The notes under the pieces: model-generated | The model's database searches: none | The model's input: only the letters and a program-made list of their open reading frames with translations | What the model was told of the DNA's origin: nothing | Program-made: the position numbers and the translations under genes | Part shown: positions 24,301 to 37,500 of the stretch, one piece after another | Layout of the letters: the number at the start of each line of letters is the position of its first letter | Position numbering within the stretch: the first letter of the stretch is position 1 | Source of the DNA: Octopus vulgaris | Taxonomy: Eukaryota | NCBI GenBank assembly: GCA_951406725.2 | Contig: OX597814.1 | Location: 62,062,001-62,126,000 of the forward strand | Length of the DNA stretch: 64,000 nt | Direction of reading: 5' to 3'

Positions 24301-27300
24301 TGATTTAACCTCAGTACTTTTTTTAAAACCTGACACTTATTCTATCAATCTCTTTTGCCAAACTGCTAAGTTACAGGGATAGACACAAACCATCACTGAT
24401 TGTTAGTCAGCTGGGAGACAAACATATATGCAAACACTCACACACACATATATACGACCGGGCTTCTATCAATTTCCGTCTACCAAAGACACTTACCCAA
24501 GGGTCGCATAAGGGTATTGAACCCAGATGTAACTGTTAAGCAAACTACTTTACTACATAATTAGGCACATAGTTTATAGTTGCCACTACAATATCATTTT
24601 GAAGCAGTCATAAACTCTTAGACATATCAAAAATACTTGTTGTAGGGCACTCACATATCTATAATATAGGCAGAACTGTAGCCCATAGGCTATATTTCTT
24701 GAATGGGCTAGAAAAATGTTTAGATCCTGTTGTATGAGGGAACTGTAATGCGGGGAAATAAGAAATGGTTTGTCTACCTTTTCATTGTCTATCATCCAGC
24801 TGTACTCAATCCAAAACTTGTACCCAGCCTGTGCACCTAACGATAGCAGCTGCTAATACCAGTCCCTCTCAGCTATTTCGCCTCACGTCTGTTCATTACA
24901 AGCAGTTTAGGCAAAAGAGGGTGACCCTGGTCTTCCTTCCCTCACTTCCTCTCTCCCGCTTCCTGTTCCAGTCGAGCCCTTTGACCATTGATATTACAAC
25001 CCTTTCCTTCTGGCTCATCTCATCTCCACAGATCCAAACAGTTACAAAGAGTATTACTCAAATATTTATTATGGTGCACCTACTATACTCAAGCATTCTG
25101 GGCCACATCCCCAGACCTCCTTCTGCCTTAATAGATAAGACTTCTTATGTTGATATGTTGTGTTCATCTGCTATTTTGCACTCCCAAAACTATGTATCTA
25201 CCATTTCTGTTGTCATCCCTAATGTATCCTTTAAGCTCATTCCAGTCTTTCCACTTCATGAAGCAGACCTACTCAATCTTCCACTCTGCTTTCAATTTCC
25301 AATGAACATAACCCTCTAGAATTAAAGCTGAGTACAGTGCTATTAACCCTTTAGCATTCAGATTATTTTATCATATGTAATGCTTATTTATTCACAGTTT
25401 TGAATTAATCATTCATTATCTTGTAGCTTCAAGATTTCAATGATGTGATTGTAGATATTTAGAATGACATCAGAGAGTAAGTGTGGGAAGCCAGATCTAG
25501 TAAGGGTGAACACAAAGAAGTTAGAATATTTGCACCAGATATGGCCAGTTTAAATGCTAAGAGTTAAAGGCAATGCTTTCGTCTTAAGACTAATTCTTTT
25601 TAATGCCTAGTCCAGTGAAATATAAACATGTTCATACCAAAATAGCTCAGCAGTGATTGCCACACTTAATCTAAATTCTCTGTTTGGTTGCTATCCATGT
25701 CTAGTGAAGCTTTACTTATCTTTGATTTGGCTACCTCCAGAACTTTCAATTTTATGAAAATTGTTTGAAATGTATTATTGATTTACTATTACTCTTTGTA
25801 CTACACAGGCTGTAATGTGACATCTGATATGTACAAACACTACAGATTGTAGCTGAGTGTGTCATAGGCTAATGTCCACAATTGGATCTGCTTCAAAAGA
25901 GTTGACTATAGCTACATGACATTAACAATGTTGCACCTATAATAGCAAGAACTGAGTTCTTAACAATGTGAACATTGGACTCTCTTTCTCTCTCTCTTTC
26001 CCCCTTTCTCTCTCTCTCTATCTCTCTCTCATATATATATTATTCAAAGGAATTCCAAATCTGTCTGTTTTTATGTTTTATTTATATTCTTTATAATATT
26101 AATGTAGAATATAGAATATATAGTATAAATAATATATATTGTAAAATGAAATTAAGTATTGATTGTCTTATTGAATAGATGAAATATTGAATATCAAATA
26201 TTAAGGGACTAGTACACTTTCTTGCATTAAAGCAGTCTTCAAGGTCCCAGGTTGTGACAGGAGTGTTTCAACTGTCAACTGAAACACTCCTGTCCACAGG
26301 AACATATATAAAGGACAAAAGACAGCCAGTCAAAAAAACAGAGTTGAAATTCCTTTGAATAATATGTGTGTGTGTGTGTGTATGTATATATATATATATA
26401 TACACACACACACTGGGTTTGGACAAAATCATGGAAACACCTTAAAATTTCAAACAAGTTTATTTTAATATAGGGTAGGACCACCTTTGGCAGCAATTAC
26501 AATTACATCTTTAATTCTATGAGGTATGGACTCGTACAAAGTTTGAATTGTTTCCAAAGGAATTTTTGTCCGTTCTTCAGCTAAAACAGTCTTTAGTTCA
26601 TGTAGTGATGATGGTGGAGGATATCGACTCCTTGTTTTTCTTTTCTAAAATGCACCATAAATGTTCAATAATATTGAGATCTGGGGACTGTGGTGGCCAG
26701 ATAAGATATTCAAGTTCACTAGAATGTTCCTCGTGCCATTCAATAACAACTTTAGCTGTGTGAATTGGTGCATTATCATCCTGAAAGATTGTATTTCCCT
26801 CCAGAAACAATTCCACAGCTATAGGATGAATCTGATCAGATAAAATGCTTAAATAGTCTTGACTATTAATTCTGCCATGGAGGGAAACCATTTGGCCGGC
26901 AGATTTCCAAGATATAGCTGGTGCCCCCCACACACACACATCCCCAATCCTCACAGATCCTTTTCCCATGTTTAATATTTGGAAGAAGGCTGTCCGGGTC
27001 AAATGCTACTTTTGGCTGTCTCCACACATACACTCTGCCAGTGGTCAGAAATAAGGTAAAGGATGACTCATCCGAGAAAATAACATTCTTTCACTCCTTA
27101 GGGACCAATTCTGTACGTTTTTACTACACTCTAAATGCTTTGCAACATCTGTTTTTGAAAGTAGTAATTTTCTTGTACAGCCCTCCCATGAAATCCGGCA
27201 TTGTGCAGCTCCCGGTGAACAGTTTTTGTGGAAACTGGGCTCTTGAGGTAGTCATTAAGCTCTGCAGTAATTTTGGGAGCTGTACTTTTGTGATCCTTTC

Positions 27301-30300
27301 TAATAATTCACATAAGAGTCCAATGGCCCTATCTGAAAGTTTTGGTTTTCTTCCGGAGTTTTGTTTCTCAAAGGTTGTCATTACTTTTGAGACAGTAGTT
27401 CTCAATATGCTAAACATTTCAGCTGCTTTCATTACACTAGTGCCTGCCATAAGAGCACCAATAATTTCACTTCTTTGAAAGTCTGATAGACCTGTCATTA
27501 TAATGAATTTTAATTACCTTTTTGTGATGATATCTGGAAAGAAACAACAAAATTTTAGCAAAACATTAAGCAACACTAATAATAAATCAAAAAACAAAAA
27601 TAAACAAGCTTTTGATGGTTTTATAGATATTTCAAAATTATGATGTTATGATGCTAAGTGTTTCCATTATTTTGTCCAATCCCTATATGTACGCTTATAT
27701 GTATTAAACAGTATGGGTTTATTTTTTTATGAATTTGTATTTTTATATTTGCAACTAATTGTTGTTTTAATTATCTTTTAGTTATCTAATTGAACGTGGA
27801 GTTTGTTACTTGGTTTTATGTGAAAAAGTATTTTCCAAGAGGCTTGCCTTTTTGTATCTAGAAGAATTACAAGGAGAATTTTCCTTACAGTATGGAAAGA
27901 AAGTGGACACTGTTTCTCGGCCTTATCATTTCATTGAATTTGGTAAGTAGCTTTATTTATTGAGTGATGTCTGCACAATATGTAACTTCTCCAGAATCTT
28001 ACATATTATGGTCTTAATAGCTATGCAACCCTGGAAATTTTGTCAAGTGTGTCAGTTTTGTCTGGTATATGTGCAAGCATAGCAGTGTAGTAAAGAAGTT
28101 TGCTTCCCAACCCATCACCAACATCCGTTTTCTATGTTGGCATGGGTTGGATGGTTTGATAGAAGCTGACCAGCTGAAGGGCTGTTCGACCTCCATATAA
28201 CTGTTTTGTCATGGTTTCTATGGCTGGATGTCCTTCCTAACACCAACCACTTTACAGAGTGTATTGGGTGCTTTTATGCAGCACTAATATAGGTGCTTTT
28301 TACGTGGCACCAGCAATTACAAGCTCACAAAATTATGGATGCTCAGTTGGAGAAGGTTGCAAGGGACCATGCTTTTACTTAGCTTGATGTGTCTTTTCAA
28401 GCACAGCAAACTTCCAGGAGTCTCAATCCCCTCTGTGAGTCCCAACGTTTGTAGATCCTTTCTCAACACTTCATCCCATATATTCCTGGGTTTACCCCTT
28501 CCACATGTTCCCTTTACAATTAGAGATGAAACAATCCTTATTCATATGCATTACATGGCCATGCCAGCATAGTCTTCTCTCCTGCATACTATATCTGATG
28601 CTATATCCAGTTTTTCTCTCAAATCACTTATACTGTCATATATGCACACTGACATTACCCATCCAGCTAAGCATACTGACTTCACTTCTTTCAAGTCTTT
28701 GTATATCCTCAGTAGTCACAACTCATATCTCACTGTCATGTAGCATAACTGTCTGTACACAGGCATCATACAATCTACCTTTCACTCTGAGGGAGAGGCC
28801 CTTTGTTACTAATAGAGGTAGTAGCTCTCTGAACTTTACTCAGCTTATTCTTATTCTAGCAGCTGTGCTTTTGGAACAACCTCCCCCACTACTAACTTGG
28901 TTACCTGAGTAACAGAAACTGTCTACTATTTCTAGGGATCTCTGCTGACATATGGGGGTGTCTGTGTTTTTGTACATTCCTGGTGTTTAATGTACCTGTA
29001 CACCTGCTACATGTAAAGACTAGTTTTTCTACTAGTTGTCCAGTGATACTGCTGCACCTCTTATGTGTACATAGCTTGCACTGGATACACCTTATGGAGT
29101 TTCTCTAGACACCTTGTCTACATATCAAGCAAGGCCATCTCCTTAAAGGTACCTGCAATTTGTTTGTTTTCCTACTTATCAGTACTTTGGTCTTTGCTAT
29201 GTTAACTCTAAGACCCTTTGATTCCAAATCTTGCTTCCACACCTGAAATTTCTTCTCTAGTCTGGTAGTGATTCAGCATAGAGAAGCTCCCAGGAGCAGT
29301 TAGTCTTAAGTTCCGAAGTTATAGCTTGGGGGACCATGATAAATAAGAGGGTGCTAAGAACTGGCCCCTGGTGGACTCTTACTTCTGCACTAAATTCCTT
29401 GTTATACTTATTGGTTATTCTCACTTTACAAATGGCATCCCTGTACATGACTTCCACAGCTCTCACTAACCACTCATCTATCCTTAGCTTCCACATTGCC
29501 CACTAGATAAGGGAGCTTGTCAAAGGCCTTCTCCATGTCAACAAAAGCCAGAAACAGGTTTATTGTTTCAAATTCAGTTCTACTGCATTGCACCATGGGC
29601 AAATGTCTTCTACTATAGCCCTGGGCCAACCAAAGCCTTATTTAATAGATTTGGTAGACAGAAACTGAAAGAAGTGTGTGTGCGTGCATGCATGCATTAC
29701 TGTCTCCTTACCTTGACATTGCATGATTATCGTGAGTGTCACTATCATGCAGGCAGTGACCTTTGTTTCCAATTTTCTGAGATATGCCTGGTCATGAGGA
29801 AATATTACCGTACTTGAAACAGGTGAGGGTTAGTGATAGGAAAGGCATTTAACCATAGGAAAATTTGCTTCTATGAATTCCATCCAATCCATATGAGCAT
29901 GGAAAAGTGGACATTAAATGATGATGATGAACCAGTAATGAGAAAAACATTTAGAGCATGTAAAAACTAAGACATCATGCTATCATTAAGATCTGAAATC
30001 TAAAATTATCATCATCGTTAACATTTAGCATTTTCCATGCTGGCATGGGATGGATGACTTGACAGGAAGTGACAAGCTCACAGGCTGCACCAGGTTTCGT
30101 AGTCTGTTTTTGCATGGTTTCTATGGCTGGATGCCCTTCCTGACACCAACCACTTTACAGAGTGTACTGGGTACTTTTTATGTGGCACCTTGCTTTTAGG
30201 ATCTCAATTCTGGTGTGGTGGGTGGGTCTTCTCACATACAGCAATGCACCACATATCTCAATCCTGTCATCTCCTTCGTAACATTCAACATTTTCAGATT

Positions 30301-31375
30301 GGCCTTCAATACTTAGTTCTATGTTTTCCTGTGCCTGATCTTACTAAAATCTTATGGCTTCACATATGTGAAGTTACGGTTTGTCAGCAATTCATAGAAA
30401 CCACTGTTACGGTGTTTTGATTTAGTCTGTCATAAACAATTAGTCCAAGTGAGTTGGTTTGTTTACATGAACTTTAAGATAAGAATAGTTAAAGCCAAAG
30501 AGTCATTTATGTATATAGATAAGAGAAAATATTGCTGCAGATTTTGAGAAAAACAATATCCACAAAACTCAATGCAGATAATAATTTATTTATTGTTGTC
30601 CACAATGTTATGATAACACTTCTGTTATTTTAAGTCATTTGTCAGACATTCAACAAAGAATCCTCCACAAAATACAAAAGAAGTGTTTAAAACTGTAACA
30701 ACCATTCTTTGTACTTAGCATGTCTTTGTACTACAAGTCAGGAAACAACAGTTCTTTATTAACTGTGTTTCTGGTACAATTGAAGCCATTTATGGTTTCT
30801 TTATTCATTCAGCAACTCAGATGACCTGGAACAGGAACTTAAGGTTTCCATCAAGCTTGAATTAGGAAAACACTTCACCTCACTAAATGAAAGAGAAGTA
30901 ATGAATATTGTACATGAAAAACTATATGAGTTGCCAGAAATGTAAATGTAGCTGAAAACAAAATGTGGAGCTCGTAATATTCTGTAACCTGTTTTCATTT
31001 GATTTTCTTATGCTCTTGCATTTTGAGAGGATTCTTTTAACATTTAACAACATTCACTAGATACAAGGAAAGGCATCGCTGTCTGGTTAAGGAGCGTGCT
31101 TTGAAAGTGTGTGATTAGGGGTTCAGCTACTCTTGTATGGACACTGTCAACCTGTATTCTCCACTATTGCCACATGTTGACCAGTATTTTGTGAGGGAAA
31201 TTGGAAAAAGCTTATTGTGTGTGTATGTATATCACCTTTATCAATTAACTTCTGTTTTCCATGCTGGCATGGGTTGGACAGTTTGGCAGGAGCTGGCCAG
31301 CCAGAAGCCTGCACCAGGCTTCACTGTCTGTTTTGGCATGATTTTTACGGCTGGATGCCTTTAATACCAATCACC

Positions 31376-31416
<41 letters not shown>

Positions 31417-33480
31417 AGACTAAACACATATTTTCCTTTGTCTTTACATGTGTGCATTGATAGTAAACAAAAGTCTCACCATTCATATAAACTGTGTCAT
31501 GTGTTTGCAGTCTTATGTGAAAGAACATTCAATAGATTTATGATTGCTACCTTGCTTGGAAATAGGTTATGATTGGCATCTGGAAGGGCATCAGACCATA
31601 GAAAATTTTGCCTCTCTGAAGTTTCATTTGATTTATGCAAGCATGGAAAAATAGAAGTGATGATGACAATTGCAAGGACACTGGCTTCTGTTATAGTTAT
31701 TATTGTCGTTATTAAGGCAGTTAGCTGGTAGAATCATTAGCATGTTGGACTAGATGTTAGCTGTCTTCACATTCTGAGTTCAAATTCCACTGAGGTTTGC
31801 TTGTCATCCTTTTGGAGTCAATAAAATTAATACTAGTTGAGCACTGGGGTCGATGAAATCAACTTACCCACTCCCTACAAAATTTCAGGCTTTGTGCCTA
31901 TAATAGAAAGAATTGTTATCATTACTACTATTCTTTTAACTCAGGCTTTGTTGAAACTCCTGATGTTTTACATGTATAACAAACTTCCTATCTACAGTCT
32001 ATGGTACCATGTTATTCTCTTCAGCTTTCTAATGCTTTCCTGGTGATTCTGGCCATGCCAAGGTGGCAAACATTTTGCAACAGCTCTACTGGACTCTCTA
32101 TTCCCATTTCCTTTATATTCCTCTTAATACCTTCTGATACTGTCCCCCAAAGCCCCAACAATAATTGGTACTATCTTCATCGTTTTCATTTCCAAAGACA
32201 AGCTAATTCACTGATAGGTCCAACTTGTTGTGCTCAAGCACCTGACCTGTTTGGTTTGGGAAATCAGACAGGATTTTGCAGGTCCTTGACTCAGCCGCTC
32301 TCTGTGGTTTGTGTTTGTACTACATCTTGTCTCTCTCTCTGACCCCGACTTTTCACTCAGTTTCTAATGCCACACTTTTGCTACCTCTTCATGTTGCCAC
32401 AACATTATCATGATCATGATCATCATTATTAATAAAGCAATGAGCTGCCAGAATCGTTAGCACACCAAGTAAAATGCTTAGCAGCATTTTGCCTGTTTTC
32501 ACGTTCTAGGTTCAAACTCTGCCGAGGTCAACTTTAGCTTTCATCCTTTTGGGAGTCGATAAAATAAGTACCAGTCAAGTTCTGGGGTTGATGTAATCAG
32601 CTTGCTTTCTCCTCCAAATTGCTAGCCTTACGCCAAAATTTGAAATCCTCCTCGTTATTATTACTATTTTTTGTTTTGTGTGCTGTAACTCATTCTTTGA
32701 TATTGTCCTTCATGTCTTGGGCCTTTGTAGCCAACAAAAGAAATCATTATTATTGTCCAAGTAAGTCCTTATGAAGAAGGACTTGCTTGAACTGTGACAA
32801 TCAGTCCAACACCCATGCCAGCAAGGAACTGGACATACCATGATGGTGTTTCTATATTTAAAGAATTGATAATTATTTTTAAGAAATGACATCAAATTTT
32901 CAGAAACATTTGTTGATCAAATATATTAATTTTAAAAATTAATGTTCTTATTTTATCAGACACATTCATTCAGAAAACTCGTAAATCCTATATGGACTCA
33001 CGGGCTCGGAAGAATTTGTCTAGTATCAATACAGAACTTCAAGATGTGCAACGAATTATGGTACAAAATATTGATGATGTTTTACAACGTGGAGAGGCCC
33101 TAAACAGTAAGTATAACAGAGAAAACATTATTCTTCCTGTTAAATTTATTTTTACTTTTTTTTTGTTTTTCTGTTTATATCTCGGTGGGGGTGGGGTGGG
33201 ATCACAGTTGTAGTGCCTGTTTACCAGGTTACAGGCCAGCAGTTTGTATCCTGTCTTCAACACTGTACTGAGTTCTTAGCCAGAATACTTAATAGTCAGA
33301 AGGTTTTATATAACCTTTTTAATGCCAAACTGCCTGAGACTGCCAACTTTGTGCTTATTTCTAGCAGACTTAGTGACCATGTTAAAGCTCCCTTGTTGAT
33401 GCTTTGTATGGCTTTTTTGTTACTTTAGTGAAAGATATAGGTTCAGGCATGGCTGTGTGGTTATGAAGTTAGGTTCAGAA

Positions 33481-33512
<32 letters not shown>

Positions 33513-34518
33513 ATACTTATCCCACACATATAGAAGTATGTTAAGTATTCCTGTAGCTCCATCAATGGAACTCTCTGGCTCATTTAAATGTAAGTGACTA
33601 AATATTCTACAGATGTTTGTATTCTTAATATAACCTTTAGGCAGAATCATCATAACACAAGTTTATGATTCAAAGTGACAGGAATAGTCTGTTAGATGAG
33701 CTTCTGCACAGTTTTATCTACCCCAAGTTTGAGTAACTCCAACTTGCACAAGGTGCTATGCAGTGGAATGAACTCAGGGCCTCTTATTTATGAAGCAAAC
33801 TTGTTAACCATTCAGCTATGTTTACATTGTTTTGTAATCTTGGCACAGACTTTTATCAATTTCCGAAATTACACAGAAGCAAATTTTGATTTTATTTTCA
33901 TGGAGTATAAATTTACTAATGAGTTTTGAATTCCTGAAAGAATATGTTTGGATATACATTAAATAGAAATATGTATAAACAAGAATTCAGAGTGGAAGAA
34001 AGAATCAGAGTCATGAAAGTGCTAACTTGTTGATGGTTTAAATTTATTTGGAAAAGGAAGTGAGTCTAGCAGAATCATTACTACACCCGACAAAATGCTT
34101 AGCTGTATTTCTTCCAGCTGCACTTTCTGAGTTCAAATTCTGCCAAGGTCAACTTTACTTTTCATCCTTTCAGGGTTAATAAAATGCCTGTTGAGCATTG
34201 GGGTTGATGTAATCGACTATACTTCACCCTCAAAAATTTCAGGCCTTTTGACTGTAGTGGAAGGGAAAGAATTATTTATTTTGATTTTATTTTTGATTTA
34301 TCAAAATCTTTAAAACTGTATAGATTAAAACTAATTATTTTTCTTTTCTGTTTGTGATTTCAGCTTTAGGCAATAAAGCCAGTAATTTATCAATATTGTC
34401 ACAACAGTATAAGAAGGATGCAACTTACTTGAATCTCCGGTCCACTTATGCAAAGGCTGCTGCCGTTGTCATTGTCATTGTAGTTCTAATGTTGTTTATT
34501 CGCTTTCTCTGGTGGTAA
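6276..34518 (+). CDS. SEC22B: Vesicle-trafficking protein SEC22b (longin R-SNARE); join(6276..6350,16840..16955,27782..27942,32960..33106,34364..34518), 217 aa
   Basis: [25 protein letters not shown]...[15 protein letters not shown]...[23 protein letters not shown]...TM helix FIRFLWW*; all four introns GT-AG with consistent phases; 654 nt total. Confidence 0.97.
9598..11090 (-). mobile_element. 5'-truncated, decayed RTE-clade LINE (reverse transcriptase fragment, 3' UTR, A-tail)
   Basis: Broken frames: [41 protein letters not shown]; LLFADD..FKYLGS; T-run at about 9598-9605. Confidence 0.88.
11588..12080. mobile_element. Head-to-head palindromic dimer of a tRNA-headed, hammerhead-containing non-autonomous element (cassette A)
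   Basis: About 250-bp inverted arms with axis near 11840; each arm = tRNA-like head, (AAT)n, body with hammerhead-like motif (11631-11676 on -, 11971-12016 on +). Confidence 0.8.
12793..13202. mobile_element. MITE with 8-bp TSD
   Basis: TIRs GATCTTTTCGGTTTGAAC(A/G)GCAGTTTT; TSD AATTTCCC at 12785-12792 and 13203-13210. Confidence 0.9.
14821..15262 (+). mobile_element. 442-bp non-coding hammerhead-bearing insertion (retrozyme/Penelope-derivative-like) with 14-bp TSD
   Basis: AAGGTTTTATTTTG at 14807-14820 and 15263-15276; fold-back 14823-14949; direct repeat CTAGCCACATTCAGATGGCTAGTA at 14878 and 15228. Confidence 0.85.
15049..15093 (+). ncRNA. Type I hammerhead ribozyme motif (C3U variant)
   Basis: CAUGCA-UUGACGA-GAGG(CAAUUA)CCUU-GAAA-CUAUAG-UC^CGUAUG: stems I, II and III pair, GUC triplet. 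Confidence 0.75.
15999..16060 (+). pseudogene. tRNA-Phe-derived pseudogene fragment
   Basis: AGCTCAGTT-AGAGCATTAGACTAAAGACCT...GTTCAATCCC resembles eukaryotic tRNA-Phe(GAA), with anticodon GAA>AAA and a broken acceptor stem. Confidence 0.6.
16840..16955 (+). CDS. SEC22B: SEC22B coding exon 2
   Basis: tttag|[18 protein letters not shown]...LETGQYFF(H)|gtaag. Confidence 0.96.
17388..17922. mobile_element. About 530-bp non-coding interspersed repeat inserted in (TTA)n
   Basis: Partial inverted second copy at about 50280-50520; both abut TTA/AAT repeats. Confidence 0.65.
17942..19062 (-). mobile_element. R4/Dong-clade (restriction-like endonuclease) non-LTR retrotransposon 3' fragment, interrupted by cassette B
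   Basis: Minus-strand [43 protein letters not shown]...QKIALL; 3' end runs into (TAA)n. Confidence 0.8.
18091..18653. mobile_element. Head-to-head palindromic dimer of the tRNA-headed hammerhead element (cassette B)
   Basis: Same family as cassette A; axis near 18391; left head duplicated; TATTTTCTGTAT duplicated at 18079-18090 and 18654-18665; hammerhead-like motifs 18145-18187 (-) and 18532-18574 (+). Confidence 0.82.
19770..21100 (-). repeat. Cluster of about six same-orientation tRNA-derived SINE copies separated by (AAT)n
   Basis: Repeated GAAAGGATGAAAGGCAAAGTTGACC..GGAATTTGAACTCAG..TCTGCCAGCTC blocks. Confidence 0.85.
22778..23037 (-). mobile_element. SINE (family with GGTCATGAATGACC tail hairpin)
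   Basis: Reverse complement of the copy at about 44183-44508, which has a tRNA-like head. Confidence 0.75.
25347..25563. mobile_element. piggyBac-type MITE, second family
   Basis: TTAA flanks, CCCTTTAGCATT TIR; related copies at 48375-48587 and about 56819-57038. Confidence 0.78.
26039..26364. mobile_element. Small element with inverted termini, a hammerhead-like motif and a 15-bp hairpin
   Basis: TATTCAAAGGAATT inverted ends; minus-strand GGGAC-CUUGAAGA-CUGC..GCAA-GAAA-GUGUAC-UA-GUCCC at 26205-26248. Confidence 0.6.
26413..27685 (-). mobile_element. Tc1/mariner (DD34E) transposon, near full length, transposase frameshifted
   Basis: About 29-bp TIRs (GGACAAAAT(C/A)ATGGAAACAC); motifs [31 protein letters not shown]; sits in TA/CA repeats. 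Confidence 0.93.
27782..27942 (+). CDS. SEC22B: SEC22B coding exon 3
   Basis: tttag|[15 protein letters not shown]...SRPYHFIEF(D)|gtaag. Confidence 0.96.
28120..29560 (-). mobile_element. 5'-truncated RTE LINE with its 3' UTR
   Basis: [34 protein letters not shown]; decayed. Confidence 0.85.
31990..32400 (-). mobile_element. R4/Dong-clade 3' fragment
   Basis: Minus-strand [29 protein letters not shown], like the other Dong-type copies. Confidence 0.6.
32960..33106 (+). CDS. SEC22B: SEC22B coding exon 4 (SNARE motif)
   Basis: atcag|[19 protein letters not shown]...VLQRGEALN|gtaag. Confidence 0.96.
34364..34518 (+). CDS. SEC22B: SEC22B coding exon 5 (TM anchor, stop)
   Basis: ttcag|LGNKASNLS...[23 protein letters not shown]; AATAAA candidates at 34745 and 35504. 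Confidence 0.96.
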
Positions 34519-37500
34519 ACTTCTTTTAAAATCTGACCAAAACCCCTTATGGACTTTTTTTTACATTTTCACTACACTAGAAGATGTTTATACAGGGGGT
34601 TTTGTTTCTCTATTAAACTATCCAACAGGAAAGCTTTCACAGGAGTGCTTTCATTATAACAAAACAAAAACAAATTGTGAAAACTCTAGCTTATGTATGA
34701 ACTCATGACTAATCACTTAAACATTTTTATATTATAGCAAACATAATAAATATATGCTAATCATAATATCTTTTTGCATGGGAAATATAAAATGGTATAG
34801 CCACAAGGTATAAGAAAAAAAAAAAAGCTAAAAGATGAAGTATCCCTCCCAAAAATCCTTTATAAAAGAAAGAAAAATATTTAAAATGCATAAGAATTTG
34901 TCTCAAGAGACTTTTTTTTTTCACTTCAAAATTTTGCTTGAAACTAAAACTTTGATTACATACAGTGTAAAGGAAAACAGATGAACACAAAATAGGTTTA
35001 GGGCTTTGATATTTTGCAAACTTCCCTCCTCTCCCCAGAATATAACATTTAATATGATATTGAAGAAATGTTTTTTTTTTCTTTCAGTTTTGTCTCTATT
35101 AAAATTTTAAAGCTGTTGACTTCTCTTCCTAATTTCGACTTGTGGTTTTTCTCAAACAATATTTTCATTTTGAAGCATGCTGTTGATCAAAGCTCTTTGC
35201 TTTTTTTGAAGGGGTGAGGTTGTGTGTGTGTGCGCTAACTATTTTGTTCTTACTACAACAAATACTAATTATTAAGGATGTGTATTATTAGGGTACTGGA
35301 GAGATCACAGAACATTCATTTTAAGATTTGTGAGACTGATTCTTTGTTATAGACAACAAATGATTCTCAGTTTAAGTTTAGGTCATTATTTCAGTCAATA
35401 TGTTTCTAATGAATAATTTTTTATGTGACATCACCTTAATTTTTAAAAAGCTGACTGGAATTGTTAGGGAAAAGTTTTGACTTTGTTGACATTTGACTGA
35501 ACAAATAAAGATTTTCTATATTAAAAGTTTTAAATATTTTCTATGCATCAGTGTAAGGTATATAAAATAATTTTTTTTTTTTTTTTGGTCTGAGACTGGA
35601 TAGAACTGTAAGGTAAAATGTATTGGCTGGTGAAGTTGGTGCAGGACTGTGTAACAAACTTGTCAAAATGTTGAACTGATGGAAAGAACATCAGAAGTTC
35701 TCTGTCCTGCACAAAAAAATCCTGTATTTGCCCCATGGTTTTATTTCAACATCTAACCTAACAACTCAAACTAAAAACTGGCCTCACTCAAGTATCATAA
35801 TTGCCTGAAAATATTATGGAAGATATTACTTTTTTTTTCATTTAGACAAATAAAAGGCATTTATTCTCGCTAAAACAAACTTTTAAATCACTTTAAATGC
35901 TCATTTACAACTCTAAGTAGGTTTTATACATCTTAAATCCTTTCTGCACAATCACATTTATCTACTCTCTCATTGCTTTGAACCAGTTCTTTTAACCCTC
36001 TACTTTTTAGTAAAGAGTTTTCTCTCTGATTCCTTCTATTGTTTTGCTTTTCTTTCTTCACTTCTCAAAAATCATAATGTATGTATTTTTATTTATTTTC
36101 TTTCATAATGGATGACAGAGTTTCTAGTTTTGTTTCACTCCCTACTGCCAACAAAGCAATGCCCACCTTTAACAAGCATGCATTGTGTTGAAATTGTACT
36201 TATTGTGAAGACTGTAATTTCATATTATATTCAGTCATATCTCTTTTGTGTGTCTTCCTCTATTTGTACAAATTCAATGATTAATACATCATCTTACCAT
36301 CCCTCATAGTCAATTAAGATATCCATCTGGTGATAGATACATATGTGGGATGAAGCATCACATATCTGCTTGTAATCAGAACTCATGTTGGGATTTCTAA
36401 TAGTATGGCAGAGACTTAGCTGTTAGGGTGACTTTGGTTTGAGATTTCAGTACAGGAGAGTTTTCTATTTCACATTGTTTTCTCCAACTCCACAAGTGAA
36501 ACTGAATTCAATATTACAAAGCAACAAATCATTCTTGACTCGATGAGGGAACCTCTGTATGATCATTGGAGTTGCTAGAATTAACAGCCAGATGTCCCTT
36601 AAATCATATTCTTCTATCTTAGAAGGAAGAATACGTGGATTATGCAGTCTTGGTAGACTGTTTGAAGAAAAGATAGGAATGGTAATAGCTGGAAGGGATT
36701 AAAATTGAACTCAGAAACAACAGTTTGTGGATAACACTTGTTCATTCAACTGACAAATTATGTACTATAGGTTTGAATACATTTGACTGGAGCAAAATAA
36801 AAGACCAACTCAGTTTTATAGCAATGAGTTGTTATTGTTGCTATATGATAACTGTTTACAGCTAAGTGGACTGAGCTATTTGTGAGTTCAGTTTTCTCAG
36901 CCACATATACTGTCCACATCCTAGCTACCTTATTATTTTCATGTTTCCACTATTTAAAAATGCTGCAAAATAAATAGCTATATATCAGGGGCCAATTAGG
37001 TTAATGGTATAGGGTTCGATTATCTGTAGCCTCCCGTTGGCAGTGCACCAGCATGGCCGCAACCTTTATGTTGAAACATATAAAAGTGTATAGAACCAGG
37101 ATAAATTAAGCAGTTTTAGCAAACCATTTGGTAAATTGTAGTATCAGACCTTGTTCTATGAAATGCTACTATAACTGTATTAACAACAGGATACTGTTAA
37201 CCATGGTATACACACACACACATATGAATCTTTTGATTTCATGTTATGAGATATGGTAATTGCTCTAGAACTAATTAATAATTAACATTTTAATTGCTGT
37301 TGTTACTTACAACAAAAATTAAAATTCATTATGCAAGATATATTACTCTTAAACAAAATATATTAGAAAAATAATGATAAGTGTTGTAACAAGTAAACAC
37401 TCAACAATGCTGGATCCTAGCCTGTTTTCCATTCCAAGCTGAAGTAATTTTACTTCACCTATATGTCCAATGCATTTAGGAAAAGCATGACTTTCATAAA

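Noticed and set aside
24765-25319. 184-aa ORF
   Set aside because: No recognisable domain or splice context; likely decayed repeat sequence
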